A stretch of DNA of 64,000 nucleotides from the NCBI GenBank assembly GCA_003483745.1, contig DMYD01000042.1, forward strand, positions 101,212 through 165,211, given 5' to 3'. Origin of the DNA: Roseburia sp. Its GTDB lineage: Bacteria > Bacillota > Clostridia > Lachnospirales > Lachnospiraceae. Shown in pieces: positions 9,765 to 20,200 of this stretch (the first letter of the stretch is position 1; each line of letters starts with the position of its first letter). Below the pieces are notes generated by a model. It had not been told where the DNA came from, ran no database searches, and saw nothing but the letters and a program-made list of their open reading frames with translations. The position numbers and the translations under genes were made by a program.

Positions 9765-10796
9765 ATGAAAATTATTATTGCATTATTGATCTTTAGTATC
9801 ATTATTATATTTCATGAACTTGGACATTTTTCACTGGCAAAGGCAAATGGAATCCGTGTCAATGAGTTCTGTCTCGGACTTGGACCAACCATTTTTGGCG
9901 TGACAAAGGGAGAAACAAAATATTCTTTAAAATTGCTTCCGTTTGGCGGTGCATGTATGATGGAGGGCGAAGACGGCGAGAGTACCGATGACCGGGCTTT
10001 TGGTAAAAAGTCTGTCTGGGCAAGAATCAGTGTAGTTGCTGCCGGACCAATCTTTAACTTTATCATGGCATTTGTTTTTTCGTTTATTCTTCTTTCCTGC
10101 AATGGTTATGATATTCCAAAGATCACACAGGTCAGCGAAGGATTTGCAGCGGAACAGGCAGGAATGCAGGCGGGGGATGTCATTGTAAAAATGAACGGAA
10201 AACATATTCATTTTTACAGGGAAGTCAGTTCCTATTCCATGTTTCATGCAGGGGAGACTGTGGAAGTGACTTATAAGCGCGGCGGAAAAAGATATACGGC
10301 AGAACTGACTCCGTTGTATGATGAAGAAATTGGCAGATACCGTTATGGTTTTGTCGGCGGTGAAGTAGAAAAAGGAAATGTCTTTCAGAACATTTTATAT
10401 AGCGGTTACGAGGTAAAATACTGGATCGATACGACACTCGGAAGTTTAAAAATGCTCGTCACGGGCGGTGTTACCTTAAACGATATGAGCGGACCGGTCG
10501 GACTCGTGGACGCGATCGGTGACAGCTATGAGGAGAGTGTTTCCTATGGTTATTATGCAGCATTTTTGCAGATGCTCTATATCACGATACTGATCTCGGC
10601 AAACCTTGGCGTTATGAATCTGCTCCCGCTTCCGGCATTGGACGGCGGACGGCTGGTATTTCTGATCGTTGAGGCAATCCGCGGTAAAAAGGTAGATCCG
10701 GATAAAGAGGGAATGGTACATTTTATCGGACTTATGCTTTTAATGGCTCTGATGGTGATTGTAATGTTTAACGATATCCGAAAAATTTTCATGTAG
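9765..10796 (+). CDS. rseP: RIP metalloprotease RseP (site-2 protease) with PDZ domain
   Basis: An HELGHF zinc motif in the first TM, a PDZ-like middle region (GDVIVKMNGK), and LDGG near the C-terminus. Confidence 0.85.
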   Translation: MKIIIALLIFSIIIIFHELGHFSLAKANGIRVNEFCLGLGPTIFGVTKGETKYSLKLLPFGGACMMEGEDGESTDDRAFGKKSVWARISVVAAGPIFNFIMAFVFSFILLSCNGYDIPKITQVSEGFAAEQAGMQAGDVIVKMNGKHIHFYREVSSYSMFHAGETVEVTYKRGGKRYTAELTPLYDEEIGRYRYGFVGGEVEKGNVFQNILYSGYEVKYWIDTTLGSLKMLVTGGVTLNDMSGPVGLVDAIGDSYEESVSYGYYAAFLQMLYITILISANLGVMNLLPLPALDGGRLVFLIVEAIRGKKVDPDKEGMVHFIGLMLLMALMVIVMFNDIRKIFM

Positions 10797-10809
10797 AGGT
10801 GGAAGTACA

Positions 10810-11859
10810 GTGAAAACAAAGACAGTAAAAATTGGTTCAAAAGTGATTGGAGGAGGTAATCCGATTCTGATCCAGTCAATGACAAACACAAAGACAGAAG
10901 ATGTTACTGCTACAGTGGCACAGATCAATAAACTTGCGGCAGCAGGCTGTGATATCATAAGATGTGCAGTTCCGACGATGGAAGCGGCAGAGGCGCTGAT
11001 AGAGATCAAAAAACAGGTGGCAATCCCGGTCGTGGCAGATATTCATTTTGATTACCGTTTAGCGATCGCGGCAATCGAGCATGGTGCAGATAAGATCCGT
11101 ATCAATCCGGGAAATATCGGAAACAGGGAGCGTGTGCAGGCGGTTGTGGATGCAGCGAGAGAACGGCAGATTCCAATCCGTGTCGGTGTTAACAGTGGTT
11201 CCTTAGAAAAAGATCTGGTAGAAAAATACCATGGTGTCACTGCAGAAGGAATTGTTGAGAGTGCATTAGATAAAGTAAAAATGATCGAGGATATGGGATA
11301 CGACAACCTCGTTATCAGTATCAAATCCTCGGATGTTATGATGTGCGTGAAGGCACATGAACTGATCGCAAAACAGACAGATCATCCTCTGCATGTCGGC
11401 ATTACAGAAGCGGGAACGATCATCAGCGGTAATATCAAGTCCTCAATCGGTCTTGGACTGATCTTACATCAGGGCATCGGTGATACGATCCGTGTGTCAC
11501 TGACCGGAGATCCGTTAGAGGAGATCAAATCTGCAAAGCTGATCTTAAAAACGTTAGGGCTGCGTAAGGGCGGCATTGAGGTTGTTTCCTGTCCGACTTG
11601 TGGAAGAACTAGAATTGATCTGATCGGACTTGCAAATCAGGTAGAAAATATGGTGGCAGATATTCCGTTAGACATCAAAGTTGCCGTTATGGGCTGCGTA
11701 GTCAATGGACCGGGCGAAGCAAAAGAGGCGGATATTGGAATTGCCGGAGGCATCGGAGAAGGACTTATCATCAAACACGGAGAAGTCTACAAAAAAGTGC
11801 CGGAATCTGAACTGCTAGAGAGTCTCCGCTATGAACTGCTGCACTGGAATGAGAATTAA
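10810..11859 (+). CDS. ispG: 4-hydroxy-3-methylbut-2-en-1-yl diphosphate synthase (flavodoxin)
   Basis: GTG start. The C-terminal 4Fe-4S ligand region is CPTCGRT...GCVVNGPGE, over 349 aa. Confidence 0.9.
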   Translation: MKTKTVKIGSKVIGGGNPILIQSMTNTKTEDVTATVAQINKLAAAGCDIIRCAVPTMEAAEALIEIKKQVAIPVVADIHFDYRLAIAAIEHGADKIRINPGNIGNRERVQAVVDAARERQIPIRVGVNSGSLEKDLVEKYHGVTAEGIVESALDKVKMIEDMGYDNLVISIKSSDVMMCVKAHELIAKQTDHPLHVGITEAGTIISGNIKSSIGLGLILHQGIGDTIRVSLTGDPLEEIKSAKLILKTLGLRKGGIEVVSCPTCGRTRIDLIGLANQVENMVADIPLDIKVAVMGCVVNGPGEAKEADIGIAGGIGEGLIIKHGEVYKKVPESELLESLRYELLHWNEN

Positions 11860-11881
11860 GTAAGCTGGAGTTGGGAAAAAC

Positions 11882-14800
11882 ATGACAAAAATGTTTTTTG
11901 ATGTATTTCCGACACTGGAAGTGAACGGAGATATGAAAAAACTGTTATCAGAGACGGAAGTCACCAAGGTCGGAATGAATCATGAAAAAGATCACATCCG
12001 GATCTATTTAAACGGTACGCGTCTGATACATAAAAAGAATATATATCAGTTAGAAAAAAACATACATGATCAGATTTTTAAAAACCGTCACATGGATGTT
12101 AAGGTGATTGAAAAATATCAGTTATCGGAGCAGTATACCGCAGAGAAACTGATGGATCTGTATAAGGACAGTATTTTAGAGGAACTGAAAAATTACAGTC
12201 TGATGGAATACAATCTGCTGCGCTCCGCGAAAATGGAATTTACGGGAGACTCCCACCTTTTGCTGACACTTGAGAATACGATCATTGCACAGACCAGATC
12301 GCATGAGATCGTTGAATTTTTAGAGAAAGTGGTCTGTGAGCGTTGTGGGCTTGATCTCTCGGTGGAACTTGCCTTTGAAGAACCGAAAGAGAGTAAACAC
12401 AAGAAAAACAGTGACTTACAGATTCAGTTTGAAATCAAAAACATATTAAAACGCGTGCAGCTCCATGAGGATGATGCGCCGGCGAAAGTGAATGTGAAGG
12501 ATGAAAATTCCTCTCAGGCTGCAGAATCAGCGATAAAAACTGCTGCAAAAGAACAGAATCATACAAAAGAATCTGTCGCTGCAGGAAATCATGAAAAAAA
12601 TGCCGGACAAAAAGGAGAAAATGCGTTCGGCAAGAAAGAATTTCGCAAAAATTATGATGGCGGTTCTTATGGTGGATATAAGAAATCTGACAACCCGGAT
12701 GTATTATACGGAAAAGATTTTGACGATGAGACAATTCCAATCGAAAAGATTGTCGGGGAAATGGGAGAGGTTACAATACGCTGTCAGGTTATGACACTTG
12801 AAACGCGGGAAATCCGTAATGAAAAAACGATTGTGATTATGTCGGTAACGGATTTTACTGACTCTATCGTTTTAAAGATTTTTACCAGAAATGATCAGCT
12901 GCCGGAACTGCTTGAGGGTGTGAAAAAAGGTGCCTTTTTAAAAATTAAGGGTGTTACAACTATCGATAAATTTGACAGCGAACTTACGATCGGTTCCATT
13001 GTCGGAATCAAAAAGATTGCAGATTTTACATCGATCCGTATGGACACGAGCCCTGAGAAACGTGTGGAACTGCACTGCCATACCAAGATGAGCGACATGG
13101 ATGGTGTCTCTGAGGTGAAAGATATCGTAAAGCGTGCAATGAAATGGGGACATAAAGCTATTGCAATCACTGACCACGGAGATGTGCAGGCATTCCCGGA
13201 TGCAAACCATGCGATTTCACCGGATGATGATTTTAAAGTGATCTATGGTGTAGAGGCATATCTGGTAGATGATTTAAAGGACATCATCACTAATTCCAGG
13301 AATCAGAATCTCGACGATACCTACGTGGTGTTTGATCTTGAGACGACCGGATTTTCTCCGGATAAAAATAAAATCATAGAGATCGGTGCTGTAAAAGTGG
13401 AACATGGGGAGATCACGGATCGTTTTTCCACGTTTGTGAACCCGGAAGTGCCAATCCCATACCGGATTGAGGAACTGACCTCCATCCGTGATGATATGGT
13501 GATCGATGCACCAAAGATCGAGACGATCCTGCCACAGTTCATGGAGTTTTGCGGGGATGCGATCATGGTCGCACACAATGCTGATTTTGATATGAGTTTT
13601 ATCATCAAAAACTGCGAGAGACAGGGGATTGAGAAAGAGTTTACAATCATTGATACGGTTGCTTTAGCGCGAATTTTACTGCCACAGTTAAACCGTTTTA
13701 AACTCGATACCGTGGCAAAAGCACTTGGAGTTTCTTTGGAAAACCATCATCGCGCAGTGGATGATGCGGGCTGCACGGCAGAGATCTTTGTGAAATTTGT
13801 AAAAATGCTCCATGACCGCGGCATGACAACTTTAGATGAAGTGAACCAGATGGGACAGGCTTCGCCGGAAACCATCATGAAAATGAACACTTATCATGCG
13901 ATCATCCTTGCAACGAATGATATCGGACGTATCAATCTGTATCGTCTGATCTCATTGTCACACCTGACTTATTACAACAAAAGACCGCGTGTGCCAAAGA
14001 GTGAGTTTGTAAAATACCGCGAAGGTCTGCTTTTAGGTTCTGCCTGTGAAGCGGGAGAACTCTACCGTGCAATTGTGGGCGGACGGCCGGAGGAGGAGAT
14101 CATAAGGCTGGTAAAGTTTTATGATTATTTAGAGATCCAGCCGCTTGGTAATAATGAGTTTATGTTAAAAAGCGACAAGGAATCCGTCAGTACGATCGAG
14201 GAACTGCAGGACATTAACCGCCGTATTGTAAAATTAGGAGAGACCTTTGGAAAACTTGTCGTTGCAACCTGCGATGTGCATTTCCTCGACCCGGAGGATG
14301 AAATCTACCGTCGTATCATCATGGCGGGAAAAGGATTTAAGGATGCAGATGACCAGGCACCTCTTTACCTTCGCACGACAGAAGAAATGTTAAAAGAATT
14401 TGAATATCTCGGTTCGTCGAAAGCGGAGGAAGTTGTCATTACCAATCCTAATAAGATCGCGGATATGTGTGAAAAAATTGCACCGGTCCGTCCGGACAAA
14501 TGTCCCCCGGTCATTGAAAATTCAGACCAGATGCTGCGTGATATCTGTTACACCAAGGCGCACAGCATGTATGGGGAAGAACTTCCGGCAATCGTAAAAG
14601 AGCGGTTAGACAGGGAATTAAACTCCATCATTTCCAACGGATATGCGGTTATGTATATCATTGCACAGAAACTGGTGTGGAAATCAAACGAGGATGGTTA
14701 TCTGGTTGGATCACGTGGTTCGGTAGGTTCGTCTTTTGCGGCAACGATGTCCGGTATCACGGAGGTAAACCCGCTTCAGGCACATTACCGTTGTCCAAAC

Positions 14801-16396
14801 TGCAAGTACAGTGATTTTGATTCACCGGAGGTAAAAGCATTTTCCGGACGAAGCGGATGTGACATGCCGGATAAGATCTGTCCGGTCTGTGGCGAAAAAT
14901 TAGTCAAAGACGGATTTGATATTCCGTTTGAAACATTCCTTGGATTTAAGGGAAATAAGGAGCCGGATATCGACTTGAACTTTTCAGGTGAATATCAGAG
15001 TAAAGCACATGCGTACTGCGAGGTTATTTTCGGTTACGGACAGACATTCCGTGCTGGTACGATCGGTACGCTTGCGGATAAGACAGCATTCGGTTACATC
15101 AAAAATTATTATGAAGAACGCGGTATCCACAAGAGAAATTGTGAGATTGACCGTATCGTACAGGGTTGTGTCGGCGTCCGGAGAACAACCGGACAACATC
15201 CGGGTGGTATCGTCGTACTTCCGGTGGGAGAGGAAATCAACACCTTTACTCCGGTGCAGCATCCGGCAAACGATATGACAACTGCGACGGTTACCACACA
15301 TTTTGATTACCACTCGATCGACCACAACCTGTTAAAACTTGATATTCTCGGACACGATGATCCGACGATGATCCGTATGCTGCAGGATTTAACGGGAATC
15401 GACCCGGTTACGATCCCGCTTGATGATGAGGCGGTCATGTCCCTATTTAAAAATACATCGGCACTCGGTGTTACACCGGAGGATATCGGGGGTATCCCGC
15501 TCGGATGCCTTGGTATTCCTGAGTTTGGTACAGAGTTCGCTATGCAGATGGTTATTGATGCCAAGCCGCAGGAGTTTTCGGATCTGATCCGTATCTCCGG
15601 TCTGTCCCATGGTACAGATGTTTGGCTCGGAAACGCACAGACCTTGATTGAACAGGGATTAGCAACGATTTCCACCGCAATCTGTACGCGTGATGATATC
15701 ATGATCTATCTGATCCAGATGGGACTTGACAGTGAGCAGTCCTTTACGATCATGGAATCGGTGCGAAAAGGAAAAGGCTTAAAGGAAGAGTGGAAGACTG
15801 AAATGCGTGCGCATGACGTGCCGGAGTGGTATATTGATTCCTGTTTAAAGATCAAATATATGTTCCCGAAAGCACACGCGGCGGCTTACGTTATGATGGC
15901 ATGGCGTATCGCATATTGCAAAGTATATTACCCGCTTGCCTATTATGCAGCATATTTTTCCATCCGTGCGACCGGATTTAACTACGAGATCATGTGTCAG
16001 GGAAGAGAGCGCCTTACCTATTTCCAGAAAGATTACGAGCGCAGAAAAGATTCGCTTTCCAAGAAGGAACAGGATGTCTATCGTGATATGAAAATCGTAC
16101 AGGAAATGTATGCGAGAGGATTTGATTTTACACCGATCGATATTTACCGGGCAAAACCGGATCGTTTCCAGATCATTGACGGAAAACTGATGCCGGCATT
16201 AAATACGATCGACGGTATGGGAGATAATGCTGCGATCGCAGTGGCGGAAGCGGCAAAGGATGGAAAATTCTTATCCAGAGATGATTTCAGACAGAGAACA
16301 AAGGCGACGAAGACGGTCATTGACCTGATGGGCGATTTGGGACTGCTTGGCGATATGCCGGAGTCAAACCAGCTCTCTTTGTTTGATTTTGCATAA
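11882..16396 (+). CDS. polC: PolC-type DNA polymerase III alpha subunit
   Basis: 1504 aa. It has an internal DEDDh exonuclease domain (VVFDLETTG...HNADFDMSF), a PHP domain, a zinc-finger CPNCKYSD...CPVCGEK and a polymerase core. A low-complexity linker occupies residues ~200-280. Confidence 0.95.
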   Translation: MTKMFFDVFPTLEVNGDMKKLLSETEVTKVGMNHEKDHIRIYLNGTRLIHKKNIYQLEKNIHDQIFKNRHMDVKVIEKYQLSEQYTAEKLMDLYKDSILEELKNYSLMEYNLLRSAKMEFTGDSHLLLTLENTIIAQTRSHEIVEFLEKVVCERCGLDLSVELAFEEPKESKHKKNSDLQIQFEIKNILKRVQLHEDDAPAKVNVKDENSSQAAESAIKTAAKEQNHTKESVAAGNHEKNAGQKGENAFGKKEFRKNYDGGSYGGYKKSDNPDVLYGKDFDDETIPIEKIVGEMGEVTIRCQVMTLETREIRNEKTIVIMSVTDFTDSIVLKIFTRNDQLPELLEGVKKGAFLKIKGVTTIDKFDSELTIGSIVGIKKIADFTSIRMDTSPEKRVELHCHTKMSDMDGVSEVKDIVKRAMKWGHKAIAITDHGDVQAFPDANHAISPDDDFKVIYGVEAYLVDDLKDIITNSRNQNLDDTYVVFDLETTGFSPDKNKIIEIGAVKVEHGEITDRFSTFVNPEVPIPYRIEELTSIRDDMVIDAPKIETILPQFMEFCGDAIMVAHNADFDMSFIIKNCERQGIEKEFTIIDTVALARILLPQLNRFKLDTVAKALGVSLENHHRAVDDAGCTAEIFVKFVKMLHDRGMTTLDEVNQMGQASPETIMKMNTYHAIILATNDIGRINLYRLISLSHLTYYNKRPRVPKSEFVKYREGLLLGSACEAGELYRAIVGGRPEEEIIRLVKFYDYLEIQPLGNNEFMLKSDKESVSTIEELQDINRRIVKLGETFGKLVVATCDVHFLDPEDEIYRRIIMAGKGFKDADDQAPLYLRTTEEMLKEFEYLGSSKAEEVVITNPNKIADMCEKIAPVRPDKCPPVIENSDQMLRDICYTKAHSMYGEELPAIVKERLDRELNSIISNGYAVMYIIAQKLVWKSNEDGYLVGSRGSVGSSFAATMSGITEVNPLQAHYRCPNCKYSDFDSPEVKAFSGRSGCDMPDKICPVCGEKLVKDGFDIPFETFLGFKGNKEPDIDLNFSGEYQSKAHAYCEVIFGYGQTFRAGTIGTLADKTAFGYIKNYYEERGIHKRNCEIDRIVQGCVGVRRTTGQHPGGIVVLPVGEEINTFTPVQHPANDMTTATVTTHFDYHSIDHNLLKLDILGHDDPTMIRMLQDLTGIDPVTIPLDDEAVMSLFKNTSALGVTPEDIGGIPLGCLGIPEFGTEFAMQMVIDAKPQEFSDLIRISGLSHGTDVWLGNAQTLIEQGLATISTAICTRDDIMIYLIQMGLDSEQSFTIMESVRKGKGLKEEWKTEMRAHDVPEWYIDSCLKIKYMFPKAHAAAYVMMAWRIAYCKVYYPLAYYAAYFSIRATGFNYEIMCQGRERLTYFQKDYERRKDSLSKKEQDVYRDMKIVQEMYARGFDFTPIDIYRAKPDRFQIIDGKLMPALNTIDGMGDNAAIAVAEAAKDGKFLSRDDFRQRTKATKTVIDLMGDLGLLGDMPESNQLSLFDFA

Positions 16397-16437
16397 AAAA
16401 ACACAGGGGATAACGGAAAGTCCCCTGTGTTTTTTTA
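16395..16437. terminator. Bidirectional intrinsic terminator between convergent polC and the DUF5050-like gene
   Basis: A-run, then acacagggga/tcccctgtgt (10-bp perfect stem, 10-nt loop), then a T7 run. Confidence 0.8.
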
Positions 16438-16468
16438 CATAAAATGAATTTACGGATCCGATGCAGGA

Positions 16469-17500
16469 TTACTTGTCGGAAGAGCCTGTGCCCGGATTGA
16501 AAACCTCAACGTCAGAAGGATCAGCAATCGGTGTCCGATACATCACACCGGATGCAAAATCCCTGAAATAGACATCTGTTTCGGTTGCATTGATGTTGGT
16601 ATAGTTGCCTTCTGCAATCACGGTGTAATCACTGCCGTCGGTTTTCATCCGGCAGAGTGCAGGAGTGCTTGTACTGTTACGCTGGAAATAAATATAGTTT
16701 CCGGTAATGTTATAACAGTCAATGCGGTCGTCGCTGAGTGTTGTGATGGCCGAACTGCCGGAGAGATCTGTGCTTGCAAGTGTATAATTGTTTTCATTGT
16801 CCAAGAAAAAGATCGTATCATCGATTACGGCTGGCATGTAATAATTGCCTTTCAGAACGAGCTCCGAGGTGTCAGTAACCGTATCAAAACGCCAGATATT
16901 GTGATCGTTTGATACGCCATTGAAATAAATGTACTGTCCGACGACGGAGCATGGACGGTACGGTGTCTTGTCTACCTGATGACTGTCTGCCCCGTCGATG
17001 CCGACTTCATAGAAAGTGGTAAAGTCTTTGTCGTCATAGTGAAGGTAATAAATTTTATTTCCGACTAAAGAGGCGTAAAGACTCGCGGAAGAATCAAGGA
17101 GAATGCTCTTTTTATGTTTGCTGCGGTCAAGCCGGCAGAGACTGTCTGTATTGATCGTCAAAAATGAAAACGGTTCGGTAAAAACCGGATTGTTGCGCAC
17201 ATAGTAAATATAATTGTCATCTGCATTGATAAAGGTGGCAACATCATCAGAAATCTTTGTAAGGTCTGAACCGTCGCTGTTCATTGAGTATAGTTTGCTG
17301 CTGTCGGAAGGGTTTGCAAAATAAATCGTGCCGTCGGCTGCTGTGCAGAAGATGCCGGCGTTATAGAGATTGCCGGCCGTGTTGCCGTTTCTGTAATCGT
17401 CATTGAATTTTGTCTCGTTTGATTTGTGGTGGCAGACACCAAAACCGATGCCGGCGGCGATTACAAGGATTATTAAGAGAATTGTGATAACTTTTTTCAT
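16469..17500 (-). CDS. Membrane-anchored beta-propeller protein, DUF5050-like
   Basis: An N-terminal hydrophobic anchor, then ~6 repeats of a D-G-(S/T)-x-IY(F/Y) motif typical of DUF5050/TolB-like propellers. No catalytic motifs were recognised. Confidence 0.5.
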   Translation of the reverse strand: MKKVITILLIILVIAAGIGFGVCHHKSNETKFNDDYRNGNTAGNLYNAGIFCTAADGTIYFANPSDSSKLYSMNSDGSDLTKISDDVATFINADDNYIYYVRNNPVFTEPFSFLTINTDSLCRLDRSKHKKSILLDSSASLYASLVGNKIYYLHYDDKDFTTFYEVGIDGADSHQVDKTPYRPCSVVGQYIYFNGVSNDHNIWRFDTVTDTSELVLKGNYYMPAVIDDTIFFLDNENNYTLASTDLSGSSAITTLSDDRIDCYNITGNYIYFQRNSTSTPALCRMKTDGSDYTVIAEGNYTNINATETDVYFRDFASGVMYRTPIADPSDVEVFNPGTGSSDK

Positions 17501-17631
17501 AAGGCCTCCATTCTGAGAGCATTTTATGCTGACGTGACAATGTGTTTGATTTGCTTCTCATCTGTGTTTATTATAGCATTTTCAGAGCACGAATACTATA
17601 TTTTTCATATGGAATATGACTTTTTCTGCCC

Positions 17632-17660
17632 TTGATATTGCTACGTTAATGTAATATAGT
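17632..17660 (+). promoter_or_regulatory. Putative sigma-A promoter for pheA (TTGATA-17-TATAGT)
   Basis: Hexamers with 17-nt spacing lie ~30 nt upstream of the RBS. Confidence 0.4.
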
Positions 17661-17691
17661 AGAAGTAATACTAAAAATAAAGGTGGAATCC

Positions 17692-18822
17692 ATGAAAGAT
17701 TTAAAAGAATTAAGAGACCAGATTGATGTCATTGACAGACAGATCGTAGATTTATATCAGGAGAGAATGGAGATTGCTGCAGGGGTTGCAGAATATAAGA
17801 TTAATACCGGTAAAAAGGTATTTGATAAAGAACGGGAAGATTCAAAACTTGCAACGCTGACAGCACTTGGAAAAACAGAGTTTAATAAACACGGAATCCG
17901 TGAATTGTTTGAGCAGATTATGTCGATGAGCAGAAAAAGACAGTATCAGCTGCTGACAGCACACGGTATGTATGAGAAACCTGACTTTACAGAGGTGGAA
18001 AGTTTAGACTATCGAAATGCGCGCATTGTATTTCAGGGAACAGAAGGAGCATACAGCCAGCTCGCATTGAGAGAGTACTTTGGAGAGCAGACAGACAGTT
18101 ATCATGTGGAGACCTGGCGGGATGCCATGGAGGCGATCAAGAACGGAGATGCAGATTATGCAGTGCTTCCGATTGAAAATTCTTCGGCGGGTATCGTATC
18201 TGAAAATTATGACCTGATGGTAGAATATGATAATTGTATTGTGGGGGAACAGATTATACAGATCAACCATGCATTGCTCGGGCTGCCGGATGCACAGCTT
18301 TCCGATATTACGGATGTATATTCCCACCCACAGGCGCTGATGCAGTGTGGCAGATATCTTGAAAGTCATCGGGAATGGGAAAAACACAGCTTGAAAAATA
18401 CAGCCATGGCAGCAAAAAAAGTAAAAGAGGATGGAAAAAAACACAAAGCAGCCATCGCAAGCAGCCTGACGGCAGATATATACGGACTGAAGGTCTTAGA
18501 TGAGTGCATCCAGGATAACAAGATGAATGCAACCCGTTTTATCATTGTATCCGGTAAACGTGTATTTGCCTCAAATGCAGAAAAAATCAGCATCTGTTTT
18601 GAAGGTATGCATGAGAGCGGTTCCCTTTACCATATGCTGTCTCATTTTATTTACAATGGCATCAACATGAATCATATCGAGTCAAGACCGGTGCAGGGGA
18701 AAAACTGGGAGTATCGTTTCTTTGTTGACTTTGAAGGTAACCTGAATGATGCGGCAGTACAGAATGCTTTAAGGGGGCTGGCAGAGGAGACGTTAGGACT
18801 TAAGATTCTTGGAAATTACTAG
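17692..18822 (+). CDS. pheA: Bifunctional chorismate mutase / prephenate dehydratase
   Basis: An N-terminal AroQ chorismate mutase helix (LRDQIDVIDRQIVDLYQERMEIA), a central PDT domain and a C-terminal ACT domain. The start is at the ATG 5 nt after AAAGGTGG. Confidence 0.85.
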   Translation: MKDLKELRDQIDVIDRQIVDLYQERMEIAAGVAEYKINTGKKVFDKEREDSKLATLTALGKTEFNKHGIRELFEQIMSMSRKRQYQLLTAHGMYEKPDFTEVESLDYRNARIVFQGTEGAYSQLALREYFGEQTDSYHVETWRDAMEAIKNGDADYAVLPIENSSAGIVSENYDLMVEYDNCIVGEQIIQINHALLGLPDAQLSDITDVYSHPQALMQCGRYLESHREWEKHSLKNTAMAAKKVKEDGKKHKAAIASSLTADIYGLKVLDECIQDNKMNATRFIIVSGKRVFASNAEKISICFEGMHESGSLYHMLSHFIYNGINMNHIESRPVQGKNWEYRFFVDFEGNLNDAAVQNALRGLAEETLGLKILGNY

Positions 18823-18836
18823 AACAAAAGAAATGT

Positions 18837-20171
18837 GTGAAAATAAGATTTTCATACGAAGAAATGGAGCAAATCATGAAAAGCACAAAAAATCTGATCT
18901 TATATAAAAATTTTGAAAACGGAAAATTATTCTATAACATGGCATGGATCATGGAAAATTATGAGAATGAATATTATAACAGAGAGGATATTGAGGCATT
19001 GCTTTACGAATGCTTTAACCAGTTGTCAGAACTCGCTGTAAGTCATGGCTTTAAAGGAAATCTCTGGCATAATTTTATTGCATTTATCCTGGTCAATAAT
19101 GAGAATGCTTATAGCCGTGGCTGTGAGATCCGGGGCGGCATGGAAGGATCTGTCAACCAGATCGCACTGCATGACTTTAAGATCATGAAAGATTTATTTG
19201 ATTTTGACTTTACGGAACTGGCAAAAGATTATGAGATCGACTGCATGGATGCGATGCTTCATTATGAGAGCGCAAGTGACAGCGGAAAATTATTTAACAA
19301 GAGAATCCGTGACCGTATCTGTGAACTGACAGAAAAATTAGAGCAGGCGGCCGAGGCAGAGGATTTTAAAGATGCCGTTACGGAGTTTTACGGAGAATTT
19401 GGTGTTGGAAAATTGGGCTTACATAAGGCATTCCGTGTGCTGCACAAAGAAGATGGTGCACAGATCGTACCGATTACGAATATTGCACATGTAAAATTAG
19501 ATGATCTGGTTGGATATGAGATCGCCAAACAGAAGCTGATCGATAATACAGAAAGTTTTGTCCGGGGAAAAGAGGCAAATAACTGCCTGCTTTACGGAGA
19601 TGCCGGAACTGGAAAATCCACCAGTATCAAGGCAATCGCAAATCAATATTACGACAGGGGATTGAGACTGATCGAAGTGTACAAGCATCAGTTCTGCGAT
19701 TTAAATGACGTGATCGCACAGATTAAAAACCGCAATTACAAATTTATTATTTATATGGATGATCTGTCCTTTGAGGAATTTGAGATTGAATATAAATATC
19801 TGAAAGCAGTCATCGAGGGAGGCCTTGAGAAGAAACCGGATAATGTTTTGATCTATGCGACTTCAAACAGACGCCATCTGATCCGTGAGACCTTCTCCGA
19901 CAAAGAGGAAGTAAGGGAGGACATGCATACTTCGGATACAGTACAGGAGAAGTTGTCCCTGTATGCAAGATTTGGTGTTTCTATTTATTTTGGAGCACCG
20001 AGCAAAAAAGAGTTTCAGAATATTGTGGTATCCCTTGCAAAAAAGAATGGTATTACAATGGAAGAAGAAACACTTCTTGCCGAGGCAAATAAATGGGAGC
20101 TTGCCCATGGCGGACTGTCAGGAAGAACAGCACAGCAGTTTATTAATTATCTGCTTGGAAAACAGGAATAA
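18837..20171 (+). CDS. AAA-type ATPase of uncharacterised family (DUF815-like) with a ~200 aa N-terminal extension
   Basis: Walker A LLYGDAGTGKST and Walker B FIIYMDDLSF. The track start is GTG; ATGs at 18864 and 18876 are alternatives. Confidence 0.5.
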   Translation: MKIRFSYEEMEQIMKSTKNLILYKNFENGKLFYNMAWIMENYENEYYNREDIEALLYECFNQLSELAVSHGFKGNLWHNFIAFILVNNENAYSRGCEIRGGMEGSVNQIALHDFKIMKDLFDFDFTELAKDYEIDCMDAMLHYESASDSGKLFNKRIRDRICELTEKLEQAAEAEDFKDAVTEFYGEFGVGKLGLHKAFRVLHKEDGAQIVPITNIAHVKLDDLVGYEIAKQKLIDNTESFVRGKEANNCLLYGDAGTGKSTSIKAIANQYYDRGLRLIEVYKHQFCDLNDVIAQIKNRNYKFIIYMDDLSFEEFEIEYKYLKAVIEGGLEKKPDNVLIYATSNRRHLIRETFSDKEEVREDMHTSDTVQEKLSLYARFGVSIYFGAPSKKEFQNIVVSLAKKNGITMEEETLLAEANKWELAHGGLSGRTAQQFINYLLGKQE

Positions 20172-20200
20172 TTTGTACGCGTGAAGCAGGAGGATAAAAT